64,000 bases of DNA from an uncultured Candidatus Actinomarina sp. (GTDB lineage Bacteria > Actinomycetota > Acidimicrobiia > Actinomarinales > Actinomarinaceae): positions 25,170-89,169 of the forward strand of contig CACJUH010000004.1 in assembly GCA_902596545.1 (NCBI GenBank), written 5' to 3'. The notes below the pieces were generated by a model that had not been told where the DNA came from, did not search any database, and worked only from the letters and a program-made list of their open reading frames with translations. This document shows positions 28,230 through 38,313 of the stretch, piece by piece (within the stretch, counting starts at the first letter, position 1; every line of letters begins with the position of its first letter). A program made the translations under genes and the position numbers.

Positions 28230-28577
28230 TTAATTTTGTCTAGAGTTATCTTTGTTTCTTAAAATTTTATATACCTGTTTAAAATTCCATTCAGAAATAT
28301 TTTCAGCTCTTAAAAGTGCTCTGGTATTGGATACAAAAATATAAGCAGACAATGCCATAACAACAAAACCAGCTAAAGCTAAAGTTGGTTGAATGATATA
28401 GGTACTAAACATAGTTAAAAGGCCAATACAAAAAATAAAAAATGAAACAACAGCTCTTGTTCTTGTGTATTTGGAAAGAGTTGATTCTTTTACTGTGTTC
28501 GCAAGTTCAGGATCTTCTTTCAAAAGTTCTTGCTCAATTTGGTTTAATATTTCTTGTTCTTTTTTGTTTAATGCCAT
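28230..28577 (-). CDS. DUF3040 domain membrane protein
   Basis: MALNKKEQEILNQIEQELLKEDPELA plus two TMs; typical neighbour upstream of actinobacterial mraZ. Confidence 0.85.
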   Translation of the reverse strand: MALNKKEQEILNQIEQELLKEDPELANTVKESTLSKYTRTRAVVSFFIFCIGLLTMFSTYIIQPTLALAGFVVMALSAYIFVSNTRALLRAENISEWNFKQVYKILRNKDNSRQN

Positions 28578-28615
28578 ATGTAGATTTTAATCATTTACCA
28601 CACTACGCTAAATTT

Positions 28616-29161
28616 ATGACAAACTTATTTTTAAGACATGCTGAAGTGTTAAATAAGAAAAATATTCAGTATGCGAATTTACCAGGATTTCAAATAAGTG
28701 ACCAGGGGAAAGAGCAGAGTGTTGCAGCTGGAAAATTATTAAAAAATAGTGATAAAAAAATTGAAAAAATTATTACATCTCCCCTATTAAGAGCACGCGA
28801 AACGTCTTCAATTATCTCTGAAATTTTAAAAATTCCTATTTTCTTTTCAAATAATCTGACAGAGTGGACTGGAATAAACAACTGGATAGGAAAGACAATT
28901 GAAGAGATTAAATCTTCACAAGAATTTTCAGAAAGAAAATCATCTATAGATTTGAGTCCTGTTGAGGAGACCTTAAAAAGTGTATATGAAAGAGTTGCTA
29001 TAGAATATAAAAATAACGCGAATACATTATTTATCTCTCATCAAGACACAATAAGAGCATTTACATATTTTTTTACAAATGACGAAAATTTTTCAATGTA
29101 TAGGCCTAAAAATTGTGAAATTCAATTTATTGACAATAATATAGTACGTACCTTGACCTAG
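28616..29161 (+). CDS. Histidine phosphatase family protein
   Basis: RHAE, SPLLRARET, LTEW, SHQD; start reassigned to ATG 28616 because the track's longer ORF overlaps DUF3040 antisense. Confidence 0.85.
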   Translation: MTNLFLRHAEVLNKKNIQYANLPGFQISDQGKEQSVAAGKLLKNSDKKIEKIITSPLLRARETSSIISEILKIPIFFSNNLTEWTGINNWIGKTIEEIKSSQEFSERKSSIDLSPVEETLKSVYERVAIEYKNNANTLFISHQDTIRAFTYFFTNDENFSMYRPKNCEIQFIDNNIVRTLT

Positions 29162-29170
29162 TTAGGTTAT

Positions 29171-29395
29171 TTAACTTACTTGAATTATAAAATAATATAA
29201 AATTAATAAACTTAATCCAAATGAAGAGACAAATCCAATTGATCCAATAAGCGGTTCTAAAGATTTCAAAAATTTAGTTTCAACTTTTGATAAATATAAC
29301 TCCACAGTCTTTTTGCTAAACATAAAAGAAAAGAACCCTGAAAAAAATATTGCAACAAAAGTTAAAATCGTTATCCAAGGACTAGGAAAATTCAT
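29171..29395 (-). CDS. Small 2-TM membrane protein, unknown function
   Basis: ATG start, two hydrophobic helices, fills the gap. Confidence 0.65.
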   Translation of the reverse strand: MNFPSPWITILTFVAIFFSGFFSFMFSKKTVELYLSKVETKFLKSLEPLIGSIGFVSSFGLSLLILYYFIIQVS

Positions 29396-29418
29396 AATAA
29401 GCTAAAGTTAATATAAAT

Positions 29419-29658
29419 ATGAGATTTAGCAACAAAACACGTTTTTTAATTTTTTCTATAGTTATTTTATTTTCTACTTATATAGGTTATCTTTTGGGAA
29501 ATGCATTCTGTTTAGCTGATTCTAATGGTGATTGCTTTAATGATATAGCTCTATATATATTCGTGGTTAATCTTTCGTCTTTAATAGGAACTATGATTTT
29601 GGTTAATCTCTCAGAAAAATCGATTACTGAATGGAATCAAATTAATGAAGAAGAATAA
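29419..29658 (+). CDS. Small 2-TM membrane protein with a Cys pair in the loop
   Basis: TM-FCLADSNGDCF-TM followed by SITEW; fills the gap. Confidence 0.7.
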   Translation: MRFSNKTRFLIFSIVILFSTYIGYLLGNAFCLADSNGDCFNDIALYIFVVNLSSLIGTMILVNLSEKSITEWNQINEEE

Positions 29659-30668
29659 ATTTTCTCTTTTACATATACCAAATCATCAGTTGAAACATCC
29701 TTATGAAAAACTAGCCTAACTGTTTTATCATTTATTAATCCTGATAGCACACTTTCTTTTTCTAGGTTTTTTATAAAATTTTGAGAATTTGCTCCATCAT
29801 TAAATTTAAGAAATATCATGTTTGTATTTTTATATTCTGCTTTAAATAAGCCATCAAATTCTTGTTTTTCACTTATAAAATCAAAAACGTCTTTAGCTTT
29901 TTGGTGGTCCTCTAATATTCTTTCCCGTAAATCTAGTGATTTATTTGCCATTGAAGCTATGACTCCTACTTGTCTCATTCCGCCTCCAAGTATTTTTCGG
30001 TACTCTCTGGCTTCTGTAATAAATTCCTTACTGCCAAGAAGCATTGAACCTATAGGAGCACCCAATGCTTTTGAAAAACAAAAAGTCAAACTGTCAGAAA
30101 TATTTCCATAATTTGTTGTAGATTCCTCACCTAGTATTGCATGCCATAATCTTGCTCCATCTATATGAATATTTATACCTATTTCTTTTGCAAAAGAATA
30201 AACTTCAGCAAGATGGTTATAAGAAACTATCGACCCTCCTGATGCTAAATGAGTGTTTTCTTGTGCAATAGTCTTAATTTGAGGTTTATGTACTTTTGAT
30301 TTTTCATAAACACTTTTAATTGAATCTAAATTTAACGCCCCATCTTTATGATCAATTTCTCTAAACTGGACTCTAGAAAGAAATGAAGCTGCACCATGTT
30401 CATAATTTTTAATATGTGAATCAGATGTTGTAATAACTTCAGTACCAGGTGAATTGTGAATTAATAGTGAGATTTGATTTCCCATAAGTCCAGAAGAAAC
30501 AAAAAGGCCGCTTTCAAAACCTAAGAGTTCTGCACATTTTTCTTGAAGATTATTTACAGTAGGGTCTTCACCATACTCATCATCTCCTAGTTCGGCTTGT
30601 AAAGCCTCCTCAATTATATTTTTGTCAGGTTTAGTGACTGTATCAGATCTTAAATCGATCAATTTCAT
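29637..30668 (-). CDS. ltaE: Low-specificity L-threonine aldolase
   Basis: DLRSDTVTKP, YGEDPTV, ENTH, HIDGARL, FCFSKALGAPIGS, GGGMRQ. Confidence 0.93.
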   Translation of the reverse strand: MKLIDLRSDTVTKPDKNIIEEALQAELGDDEYGEDPTVNNLQEKCAELLGFESGLFVSSGLMGNQISLLIHNSPGTEVITTSDSHIKNYEHGAASFLSRVQFREIDHKDGALNLDSIKSVYEKSKVHKPQIKTIAQENTHLASGGSIVSYNHLAEVYSFAKEIGINIHIDGARLWHAILGEESTTNYGNISDSLTFCFSKALGAPIGSMLLGSKEFITEAREYRKILGGGMRQVGVIASMANKSLDLRERILEDHQKAKDVFDFISEKQEFDGLFKAEYKNTNMIFLKFNDGANSQNFIKNLEKESVLSGLINDKTVRLVFHKDVSTDDLVYVKEKIYSSSLI

Positions 30669-31875
30669 TTTTTTCCTTATCTAAAGATATGAGATTAATA
30701 ATAAATGCAATTATGAAAAATAATTGAAAAAATCCTAAAGAGGTGCCCGAAGATAAGTTTGAAAATATTATCCAAAACAAATTTGGCATAATAATTGCAG
30801 TGATAATACTTCTCTTATCTTTTAGAAAAGAATCACTAACTAATAATAAACAAGGGACAATAAATATAAAATGATAGGGCTTTAGATAAGGATTGATAAG
30901 TAAAACTAAAGTGAAAGTTGTTATGAGTTTTATCTCAGTAGACATTTTGTATTTCCTTAAAACTAAAATCATAATAAAGATACAAACTAAGACATATATA
31001 AGGAGTAAAAATATATTTGAGTCAATATTCAATATATTTAATAAACCCAAATATATTGAAGGAGTATTGTGACCAGGTGATTCTTTCAAAATGTTATATT
31101 GCGAATTTGAATTGAAAATAATCCCTAAAAATTGATTTAAAGAATTAATGTTTATTAATATCGCAAATAATGAAGCAGAAATTATAGTTTTTACTTTTCT
31201 AGCAAAATTAGTATTGTCCAAGTAAAAAAGAATCGGAACTAGTAAAAGAAACCAAATTCTTTGAATTCCAAAAAGAATCAAAAACAAATATAAAAAATGA
31301 CTTTTCTTTTTGTAATGCCAAACGAACAAAATTAGAAATACTAACTCCAACATAACAAAGTTTCCAGTCTTAAGAACCCACCTAAGAGCTAAAAAAGCTC
31401 CAAATAAATACATAGAGCTGAGAAAAAGATTTCTATTTTCATTTCTTAAAATCAATAAAAATAGAATCAAAGCAGGGACTAAAAAAAAGTAGTAATTTGT
31501 TTGATATCCAAAATCACATGAAAAATCTAATAGTTGTCTAAAAATAGGTGGGTAATTAAAGGTGTACTTATATTCAACATCATAAATTGATAAATTACTT
31601 GATTTTGATAGAAAAGTTAAATCACAATAAATCTTTGCGTCACCACCATATGGCTTGTACCTTAGAACATTAAATGTTGTTATGGAACTTAATAGCAACC
31701 CTAAGCCGATAAGAAATTCGAATTTTATATATTCTGAAAACTTGATTACAAGTAAGCTCAAAATCATAAAAATAATTAATACTACAAATGTTCCTGAAGA
31801 TAGGTCTGAATAAAAACCATTACCTAACGAGGTATTGAAAAATAATTCAGATATAAATTTTCTAAACACTATCAA
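30643..31875 (-). CDS. Polytopic membrane glycosyltransferase-like protein (GT87/DUF2029, GT-C fold)
   Basis: About 11 TMs; D..IY, FNYPP, GNF, P....YHF...P motifs. Confidence 0.6.
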   Translation of the reverse strand: MIVFRKFISELFFNTSLGNGFYSDLSSGTFVVLIIFMILSLLVIKFSEYIKFEFLIGLGLLLSSITTFNVLRYKPYGGDAKIYCDLTFLSKSSNLSIYDVEYKYTFNYPPIFRQLLDFSCDFGYQTNYYFFLVPALILFLLILRNENRNLFLSSMYLFGAFLALRWVLKTGNFVMLELVFLILFVWHYKKKSHFLYLFLILFGIQRIWFLLLVPILFYLDNTNFARKVKTIISASLFAILININSLNQFLGIIFNSNSQYNILKESPGHNTPSIYLGLLNILNIDSNIFLLLIYVLVCIFIMILVLRKYKMSTEIKLITTFTLVLLINPYLKPYHFIFIVPCLLLVSDSFLKDKRSIITAIIMPNLFWIIFSNLSSGTSLGFFQLFFIIAFIINLISLDKEKNEIDRFKI

Positions 31876-33034
31876 TTATTTTTGCAAAATTTTTCATTGC
31901 TTGCCTTATGCGTTGTTTGTTTTCAACTAAAGCAAGTCTTATATGTCCTTCTCCACAGTTTCCAAAACCAACACCTGGAGAAACTGCAACATTAGATTTG
32001 GAAAGTAGGTTAATTGAAAATTTCATAGAATCATTTTTATATATATCAGGTAATTTCGCCCATATAAACATTGTTGCGGTACTTTTATAGACTTCGAATC
32101 CATATTTTGTTAAATACTCTTCTGCCAACATTTTTCTATCCTGATAAATAGAAGACACTTCTTTTGGATAATCGTCTAATTCATTTATTGCAACTGTTGA
32201 TGCAATTTGTATTGGTTGAAAAGTTCCGTAATCGATATAAGATTTAAGTTTTGTAAGAGAACTAATAGCACTTTCGTTACCAACGGCAAAGCCAACTCTC
32301 CACCCAGCCATAGAATAGCCCTTGGTGAGTGAATAAAGTTCTACTGTGTGGTCAAATTGTGGATCGGAATTTAACAAAGATGGAGGTTTTTCTTCATTAA
32401 AATATATATCCGAATAAGCAAAATCATTTATTATCAAAAAATTATATCTTCGTGCAAGACGCACAAGTTCGTCATAAAACTCTTGATTTACTGTTAATGT
32501 AGTTGGATTGTGTGGGAATGATACAAGCACTGCTTTAACTTTTTGACTTGTTAAAGCTGTATTTAAATTATTTAAAAAATTTTCACTACTTAAACATTCA
32601 ATTTTAATTACATTTGCACCAGCAATTAATGGAGCATAATGATGAATAGGATAACTAGGGTCCTGAACAACAACATTATCACCCTTGTTTAGTATAGACA
32701 TTAGTAGATGAGTCAATCCTTCTTTACTACCAATTGTATTTACAATATTTTTACTAGGATCTAAATTAATTTCGTATTCTCTCAAATATTTATTTGCAAT
32801 AGCATTTCGTAAACCATGAATGCCTTTTGAAACAGAATATTTATGATTCTTTTTTATTTGAGCAGACTCTATTAACTTTTCTACAACTAATTCATGAGAG
32901 GGAATGTCAGGATTCCCATAGCCCAAATCAATAATATCCTCACCACTTTGTCGCAGAGCTAGTTTTTGCTGATTAATTTTATTAAACAAATAATCAGGAA
33001 AGTTATCAATTAAATTGTTTGAGTATTTAGTCAT
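31862..33034 (-). CDS. alaC: PLP-dependent class I/II aminotransferase, AlaC-like alanine transaminase
   Basis: IDLGYGNPD, TIGSKEGL, PHNPT, DFAYSD, SLTKGYSMAGWRVG, DYGTFQPIQ. Confidence 0.85.
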   Translation of the reverse strand: MTKYSNNLIDNFPDYLFNKINQQKLALRQSGEDIIDLGYGNPDIPSHELVVEKLIESAQIKKNHKYSVSKGIHGLRNAIANKYLREYEINLDPSKNIVNTIGSKEGLTHLLMSILNKGDNVVVQDPSYPIHHYAPLIAGANVIKIECLSSENFLNNLNTALTSQKVKAVLVSFPHNPTTLTVNQEFYDELVRLARRYNFLIINDFAYSDIYFNEEKPPSLLNSDPQFDHTVELYSLTKGYSMAGWRVGFAVGNESAISSLTKLKSYIDYGTFQPIQIASTVAINELDDYPKEVSSIYQDRKMLAEEYLTKYGFEVYKSTATMFIWAKLPDIYKNDSMKFSINLLSKSNVAVSPGVGFGNCGEGHIRLALVENKQRIRQAMKNFAKIIDSV

Positions 33035-33710
33035 TTTTAAAAATATTATCTATAGTTTCTTGAAAAATCTTCAAATTAGAATCTTTTACAACGAATATTT
33101 TCTCGTAATCAAATACATATATCTTTTTATTAGTAACACATCTTGAAAGTGTCCCTATGGGGTTTATTAAATTTTTATATATGTTTTGTTTATCTATAAA
33201 ATCAGAATCTGAACCCATCCACTGATTAATCCCTAAATTGTACTTTTGTACTAAATCTAATTTAGATTGTGAATTTCCTCCAATAAATAATGTTGAATTA
33301 TTTGAAATAAAATTATTATTTTTCAAAATATAATTAATAACTACCTCAATATCATTATCAAATATCTCATCATGCTTTTCATATTTGTTATCACCAGTAC
33401 CTAAACCTATATTTATATTTTTAAGCTCAAGAAGAGGATCGATAATATCTTTAAATAATATATTTAAATCTCTTGCATTAACATTTAATACACAAACACC
33501 TACTTCAATTTCATTTTTTACTTTTTTATATAAGCTAAAGATTTCTTCAGTAAATATATAAGTGGGCTTAATTGAGTCTGTGGGATTTTTAAAATGATCA
33601 AAAAGATATAGTGCATCAATACCCAAATCAAGAATAGACCTTATTTTTTTATCAAAATCAGTCTCAAAAAATTGTGGTGGCAGAAGTAAAGAATTTTTTC
33701 TATTCATCAA
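33027..33710 (-). CDS. Short, divergent luciferase-like (LLM) TIM-barrel protein
   Basis: LYLFDHF, VGVCVLNVNAR, IGLGTG, LFIGG; only 227 aa. Confidence 0.55.
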   Translation of the reverse strand: MMNRKNSLLLPPQFFETDFDKKIRSILDLGIDALYLFDHFKNPTDSIKPTYIFTEEIFSLYKKVKNEIEVGVCVLNVNARDLNILFKDIIDPLLELKNINIGLGTGDNKYEKHDEIFDNDIEVVINYILKNNNFISNNSTLFIGGNSQSKLDLVQKYNLGINQWMGSDSDFIDKQNIYKNLINPIGTLSRCVTNKKIYVFDYEKIFVVKDSNLKIFQETIDNIFKND

Positions 33711-34608
33711 ACGCTAATGCAGCAGCACCAATTATCCCAGAATCTTCTCCTTGTGAAGCAATAAATACTTCAGGAAAAGTTCTAGAAGGAAATTTGTATC
33801 TGTTCTTAATATCGATTTGTATAAGCTCGATTAAATCAAAAGGTTCAGAGGACATACTTCCGCCAAGAACAAAAGCTTCATTATCGAATATTTCAAATAA
33901 GCTTAAAAGTCCATTTGAAATATTTTGAATTATTTCATCTCTTACAGTGGCTTCTTGGTCCGTTAAGTTTAATGTGGTATCGAAAAGTACTGAACCAATA
34001 TTTTTTAAAGCAAATGCTTTAGCAAGTTCCGAATCTTGATTTTTCTCAGTTAGTTCGTGACATTTCTTTGTCCATACTGATGCTGCAACTGATGTCTCAA
34101 AACTACCTTTCTTTCCACTATCGCCCTCAACATCTCTATCATTTGAAGTGAGCATATGCCCAACCTCTCCTGCATTTCCGCTTCCTCTTAACAATCTACC
34201 TTCAGAAATTATTCCCCCGCCAACCCCTGTACCAAAAGTTAACATAATCAAATTTGAGTATTTATTTTTATAATTTAAAAAATATTCACAATAAGCTGCA
34301 ACATTTCCATCATTGTCTAGATAAAATTCGTAGTCTGAAAAATTTGATAATTTTGAAAAATCAATTTCAAATGGTAAGTGTGGACCATACAAATATTTGT
34401 TACTTGCTACATTTACATATCCTGGCATCCCTACAGATACTTTTGAAATGTTATTAATATTTTTTTGAATAATTTCTGAGAGTGACTCTATGAACTTTTC
34501 TTCATCTTTAGGGGTGGGGGTTTTATCTTTGTGAATGACTTCATAACTATTGTTTATAACTCCATATTTTATTGTTGTGCCTCCAACGTCAAAAGATAAG
34601 CAATTCAT
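33700..34608 (-). CDS. ROK family sugar kinase (glucokinase-like)
   Basis: DVGGTTIK, LDNDGNVAA, LTFGTGVGGG, GEVGHM, SGIIGAA. Confidence 0.92.
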   Translation of the reverse strand: MNCLSFDVGGTTIKYGVINNSYEVIHKDKTPTPKDEEKFIESLSEIIQKNINNISKVSVGMPGYVNVASNKYLYGPHLPFEIDFSKLSNFSDYEFYLDNDGNVAAYCEYFLNYKNKYSNLIMLTFGTGVGGGIISEGRLLRGSGNAGEVGHMLTSNDRDVEGDSGKKGSFETSVAASVWTKKCHELTEKNQDSELAKAFALKNIGSVLFDTTLNLTDQEATVRDEIIQNISNGLLSLFEIFDNEAFVLGGSMSSEPFDLIELIQIDIKNRYKFPSRTFPEVFIASQGEDSGIIGAAALAFDE

Positions 34609-35375
34609 TATATTATTGATGATAATTCTAAATATTGGTTAGTGGCTCTAAAGTAACCAGTATTAATACATTTTGTATTGTTTACTATCCAAGTAGAAGC
34701 TTTAGGTTGATGAACATCTCCAAAAAGCGCAAATTTAGGATGATTTGTTTTTATAAAATCTAGCAGACTTTTCCATCCCTGTTCTATTTTATTTGTAACT
34801 ACATCTGTCATTAATTCATCTATATACGGTGGTGCATGGGTACAAATAATTTCAGCCTTATCGAGCTTATTTAATTTTTTTGAAAATTCATTTTCACTAA
34901 TTTCTCCTCTTGCATTGATAGGCGTAGGTACTCCCCCTCCTGCAAAACCTAACTTAGTGCCTTGATGTTCAATTAAAAGACCATCAACATTTTTTATAGT
35001 AGACGACGTGTAGCTATTCATAATCTCAACGTCATCTACATTCCCAGGGATAAACCATACATGATATTTTTTTAAAATTTTAAAAACTTCTTCATATTGA
35101 TTTTCAATAGCATCTCTCATATTTTTCATAATCACTTCTGGATCATTAGAATATAAACTTTTCCATAAATCTTTTCTTTCTTCAAATCTGTGCTCTTTTC
35201 TTAAATTAATAAGCTTTTGCACATTTTCTAATCCAAATACCTCTTTGGCTATGCCATCGCCATTTCTGTAATCTATCCAATTGATTAAATCGCCTAATAT
35301 AACTACTGGCTCATTTTTTTTTGGCAATAATTTTAAAAATTCTAATTGATGATGGACGTCTGAAATAAATATCAT
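34608..35375 (-). CDS. Metallophosphoesterase (calcineurin-like)
   Basis: SDVH, GDL, PGNVD, THAPP, FGDVH. Confidence 0.88.
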   Translation of the reverse strand: MIFISDVHHQLEFLKLLPKKNEPVVILGDLINWIDYRNGDGIAKEVFGLENVQKLINLRKEHRFEERKDLWKSLYSNDPEVIMKNMRDAIENQYEEVFKILKKYHVWFIPGNVDDVEIMNSYTSSTIKNVDGLLIEHQGTKLGFAGGGVPTPINARGEISENEFSKKLNKLDKAEIICTHAPPYIDELMTDVVTNKIEQGWKSLLDFIKTNHPKFALFGDVHQPKASTWIVNNTKCINTGYFRATNQYLELSSII

Positions 35376-35378
35376 CTA

Positions 35379-37040
35379 TTAATTTGTAACAGCACCTGTA
35401 TCAGAACCACTAACTAGTTTTGAATATTTGTATAGAACACCTGAACTGTATCTTGGAGGAGGCAATTTTAATTTACTTATTCTCTCATCTAATTTATTTT
35501 TTTCAATCTCTAAATTTAAAGACCTATTTTCTATATCCAAAGTGATGATATCTCCATTTTGACATACTGAAATAGGTCCTTTGTCAAAGCTTTCTGGAGC
35601 AACATGGCCAATACACAAACCAGTAGTGCCTCCAGAAAATCTTCCATCAGTTATTAGCAAGACATCCTTACCCAATCCTGCGCCTTTAATTGCGGCAGTA
35701 ATTTGTAGCATTTCTCTCATTCCTGGCCCCCCTTTAGGACCTTCATTTCGAATAACTACAACTTCTCCTTTTGAAATTTTGTTATTAAACAAAGCATCTA
35801 AAGCATCCTGTTCAGAATCAAAAACATTTGCGGGTCCAGAGAAAGTATTAATATCTATTCCTGCAGTTTTTACGACTGATCCATTTGGACTTAATGAACC
35901 TTTAAGGATTGCAATGCCACCCTCATTTGATATAGGATTGTCTGGAAAACTTATGACATTTTGGTTTTTTGGAATTTGTACTTTTTCAAGATTCTCACCA
36001 ACAGTTCGTCCAGTAACTGTCATGCAATCCGGATTAATTAATTTATTTTCGAGAAGTATTTTTGATACTACAGGAACTCCTCCTATTTCATTCAAATTAA
36101 CCATATGATATTTTCCAAATGGTTTCATATCAGCTAAGTGAGGAACGTTTCTACTAAGTTGGTCAAATTTATCAATCGATAATTCAACTCCTGTTTCATA
36201 TGCAATAGCTAATAAGTGAAGTACGGCATTTGTGCTTCCACCGAGAGCAAGTACGGTTGTGATGGCATTGGTAAATGCATCATGAGTCATAATATCACTA
36301 GGTTTTATATTATTTTTTAATAAATAATTAAGTTGCTTTCCAGATTCAACAGCAGCATCTCGTAACTGTGCATCCTCAGCTGGAATAGCAGCGGTACCAG
36401 GTAAACTCATTCCTATTGCTTCACCAACTGATGCCATAGTGTTAGCAGTAAACATTCCTGCGCATGACCCTACTCCAGGACAAGCCGCACACTCAATTTT
36501 ATAAAGTTCTTCTTCTGAGATGATTCCTTTTTCAAAAGCACCTATACCCTCAAAAACATCAACTATTGATATATCTTTTCCGTTGTAAACTCCAGGCAAA
36601 CTACTTCCACCATATAAAAATATTGCTGGACGATTAATTCTTCCTGCAGCCATTAACATTCCTGGAAGAGATTTATCACATCCCGCAATTGTCACCATTC
36701 CATCAAATCTTTCTGCATGCATTACCAATTCAACTGAATCAGCAATTACTTCTCTAGAAACTAAAGATGCTCTCATCCCCTCATGACCCATTGAAATACC
36801 ATCAGAAACAGCAATTGTAGAGAATATCAATGCAGCAGAATCAGGGCCATTTACGCCTTTTTTAGCAAATTCAGATAATTCTGGACCTGTCAGGTTACAT
36901 GGAGTAACTTCATTACCCGCAGAAACAACTCCTACTTGAAACTTATTAAAATCATCATCTTGCAGCCCAACGGCCCTTAACATCGCTCTAGCAGCAGATT
37001 TACTAGCTCCTTTTGTTACGTCATCAGATATTTTTTCCAT
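35379..37040 (-). CDS. ilvD: Dihydroxy-acid dehydratase
   Basis: [50 protein letters not shown]. Confidence 0.98.
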   Translation of the reverse strand: MEKISDDVTKGASKSAARAMLRAVGLQDDDFNKFQVGVVSAGNEVTPCNLTGPELSEFAKKGVNGPDSAALIFSTIAVSDGISMGHEGMRASLVSREVIADSVELVMHAERFDGMVTIAGCDKSLPGMLMAAGRINRPAIFLYGGSSLPGVYNGKDISIVDVFEGIGAFEKGIISEEELYKIECAACPGVGSCAGMFTANTMASVGEAIGMSLPGTAAIPAEDAQLRDAAVESGKQLNYLLKNNIKPSDIMTHDAFTNAITTVLALGGSTNAVLHLLAIAYETGVELSIDKFDQLSRNVPHLADMKPFGKYHMVNLNEIGGVPVVSKILLENKLINPDCMTVTGRTVGENLEKVQIPKNQNVISFPDNPISNEGGIAILKGSLSPNGSVVKTAGIDINTFSGPANVFDSEQDALDALFNNKISKGEVVVIRNEGPKGGPGMREMLQITAAIKGAGLGKDVLLITDGRFSGGTTGLCIGHVAPESFDKGPISVCQNGDIITLDIENRSLNLEIEKNKLDERISKLKLPPPRYSSGVLYKYSKLVSGSDTGAVTN

Positions 37041-37063
37041 AGAATAAGAATAGATTATTTCAA

Positions 37064-38158
37064 TTATGAAGTCATACTTTTTAATTTTTCATATTCAAGT
37101 TTTAAATTTTCATTTACTTCATTATCAAGCAAACTACTTATTTCAAAAATTTTTCCTAACTTCCAGAATCCCCACAAAATATAAGTCTTCAAAAAATCTG
37201 AAGAATTTGTGTACAATTTCAAAAAAAAATTAAAAGTACTTTTATTAGGATTATTTGTTAATGCAATGACTGCATTTCTTTTTAAATAATCGACATTTCT
37301 TTTAGGAATATAAAACCAATAATAATTTTTGAGTAATACTTCATCATTTGTTTCAAGTAAATCTTCTAGATTTACTTGAAATTCATTTTTTGTTTTAATT
37401 TTAATTTTATTACTTTGACCAGGTGGACATGATATCAAACATTCATCACAACCATAGAATCTATTTCCAATTGATTCCCTCATATCGTACGGAATTATTT
37501 CAGGCGACTGAAGCCAATAAGATATACATTTATTTGAATCTAGTTTGTATTCATTATCCAATGCACCTGTTGGGCAGGAAATCTGGCATAAGTTACATTC
37601 TCCACATGAGTAAGTTCTTTCATCTGTAGACTGGAAATTAGTTTCAACATAAACTGTTCCTAGTAGTTGCCATGGACCAATACCAGGACTCAACATCATT
37701 GTGCTTCTCCCCTGCCATCCCATCCCAGACTTTTCAAAAAAAGATCTATCGTAGTGTTTTGGATTATCAATAAATGTTTGGTGCTTAATATTTAATTCAT
37801 TAAATATGTCTTCAAATTGATTGATTATTTTTTTCAAAGGTAAATAAAAATCTTGTTGTGCAAATCTTGCTATCTGACCATATCCTATATTTGTTAAATT
37901 TGAAGTATTTACCTTGTTTTTGTAGTCATATGCAAAAATTAGAGCAGAATTGGCCCAATCAAATTTATCAACAAGACCTGAATAGTCTGGATTAGAGAAT
38001 GTAAATTTCATGTTCGCATGTTGATTTTGCTCCTTTACTTTTTTGATTTGATCAGAATAATTTAAACCGGTAGGTACTGATACAACTCCAATAGACACAT
38101 CAAGTGGAATATCTAGTGAATTTTCTATTATGAAATTATTAAGATTTATATCTTTCAT
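37064..38158 (-). CDS. queG: Epoxyqueuosine reductase
   Basis: [51 protein letters not shown]. Confidence 0.88.
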   Translation of the reverse strand: MKDINLNNFIIENSLDIPLDVSIGVVSVPTGLNYSDQIKKVKEQNQHANMKFTFSNPDYSGLVDKFDWANSALIFAYDYKNKVNTSNLTNIGYGQIARFAQQDFYLPLKKIINQFEDIFNELNIKHQTFIDNPKHYDRSFFEKSGMGWQGRSTMMLSPGIGPWQLLGTVYVETNFQSTDERTYSCGECNLCQISCPTGALDNEYKLDSNKCISYWLQSPEIIPYDMRESIGNRFYGCDECLISCPPGQSNKIKIKTKNEFQVNLEDLLETNDEVLLKNYYWFYIPKRNVDYLKRNAVIALTNNPNKSTFNFFLKLYTNSSDFLKTYILWGFWKLGKIFEISSLLDNEVNENLKLEYEKLKSMTS

Positions 38159-38187
38159 TTTTTTTTGATTTTACTATAGTTATTTTA

Positions 38188-38238
38188 ATGAAAAATTTAG
38201 CTGTATTCATTTCAGTATTAGTGCTATTACTTATTTAG
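38188..38238 (+). CDS. ilv attenuator leader peptide MKNLAVFISVLVLLLI (16 aa)
   Basis: Manual translation; 10 of 16 residues are Ile/Leu/Val, including the last 7; directly followed by two hairpins and ilvB. Confidence 0.85.
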   Translation: MKNLAVFISVLVLLLI

Positions 38239-38262
38239 CGCTCATTTTGCTGTGATGAGCGC
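38238..38262 (+). promoter_or_regulatory. Candidate antiterminator hairpin of the ilv attenuator
   Basis: 8-bp stem GCGCTCAT/ATGAGCGC starting on the last base of the leader stop codon and overlapping the terminator's 5' base. Confidence 0.7.
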
Positions 38263-38287
38263 CTCCCAAATCGGGAGGTTTTTTTTT
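38261..38287 (+). terminator. Intrinsic terminator (attenuator) upstream of ilvB
   Basis: CCTCCC-AAATC-GGGAGG followed by 9 T. Confidence 0.9.
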
Positions 38288-38313
38288 AGTAAAGATGGAG
38301 TAATTTAGTTTTT

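Noticed and set aside
28442-28615. 58-codon N-terminal extension of the histidine phosphatase in the track
   Set aside because: Mostly overlaps DUF3040 antisense; the family motif RHAE begins right after ATG 28616, which has its own -10 element
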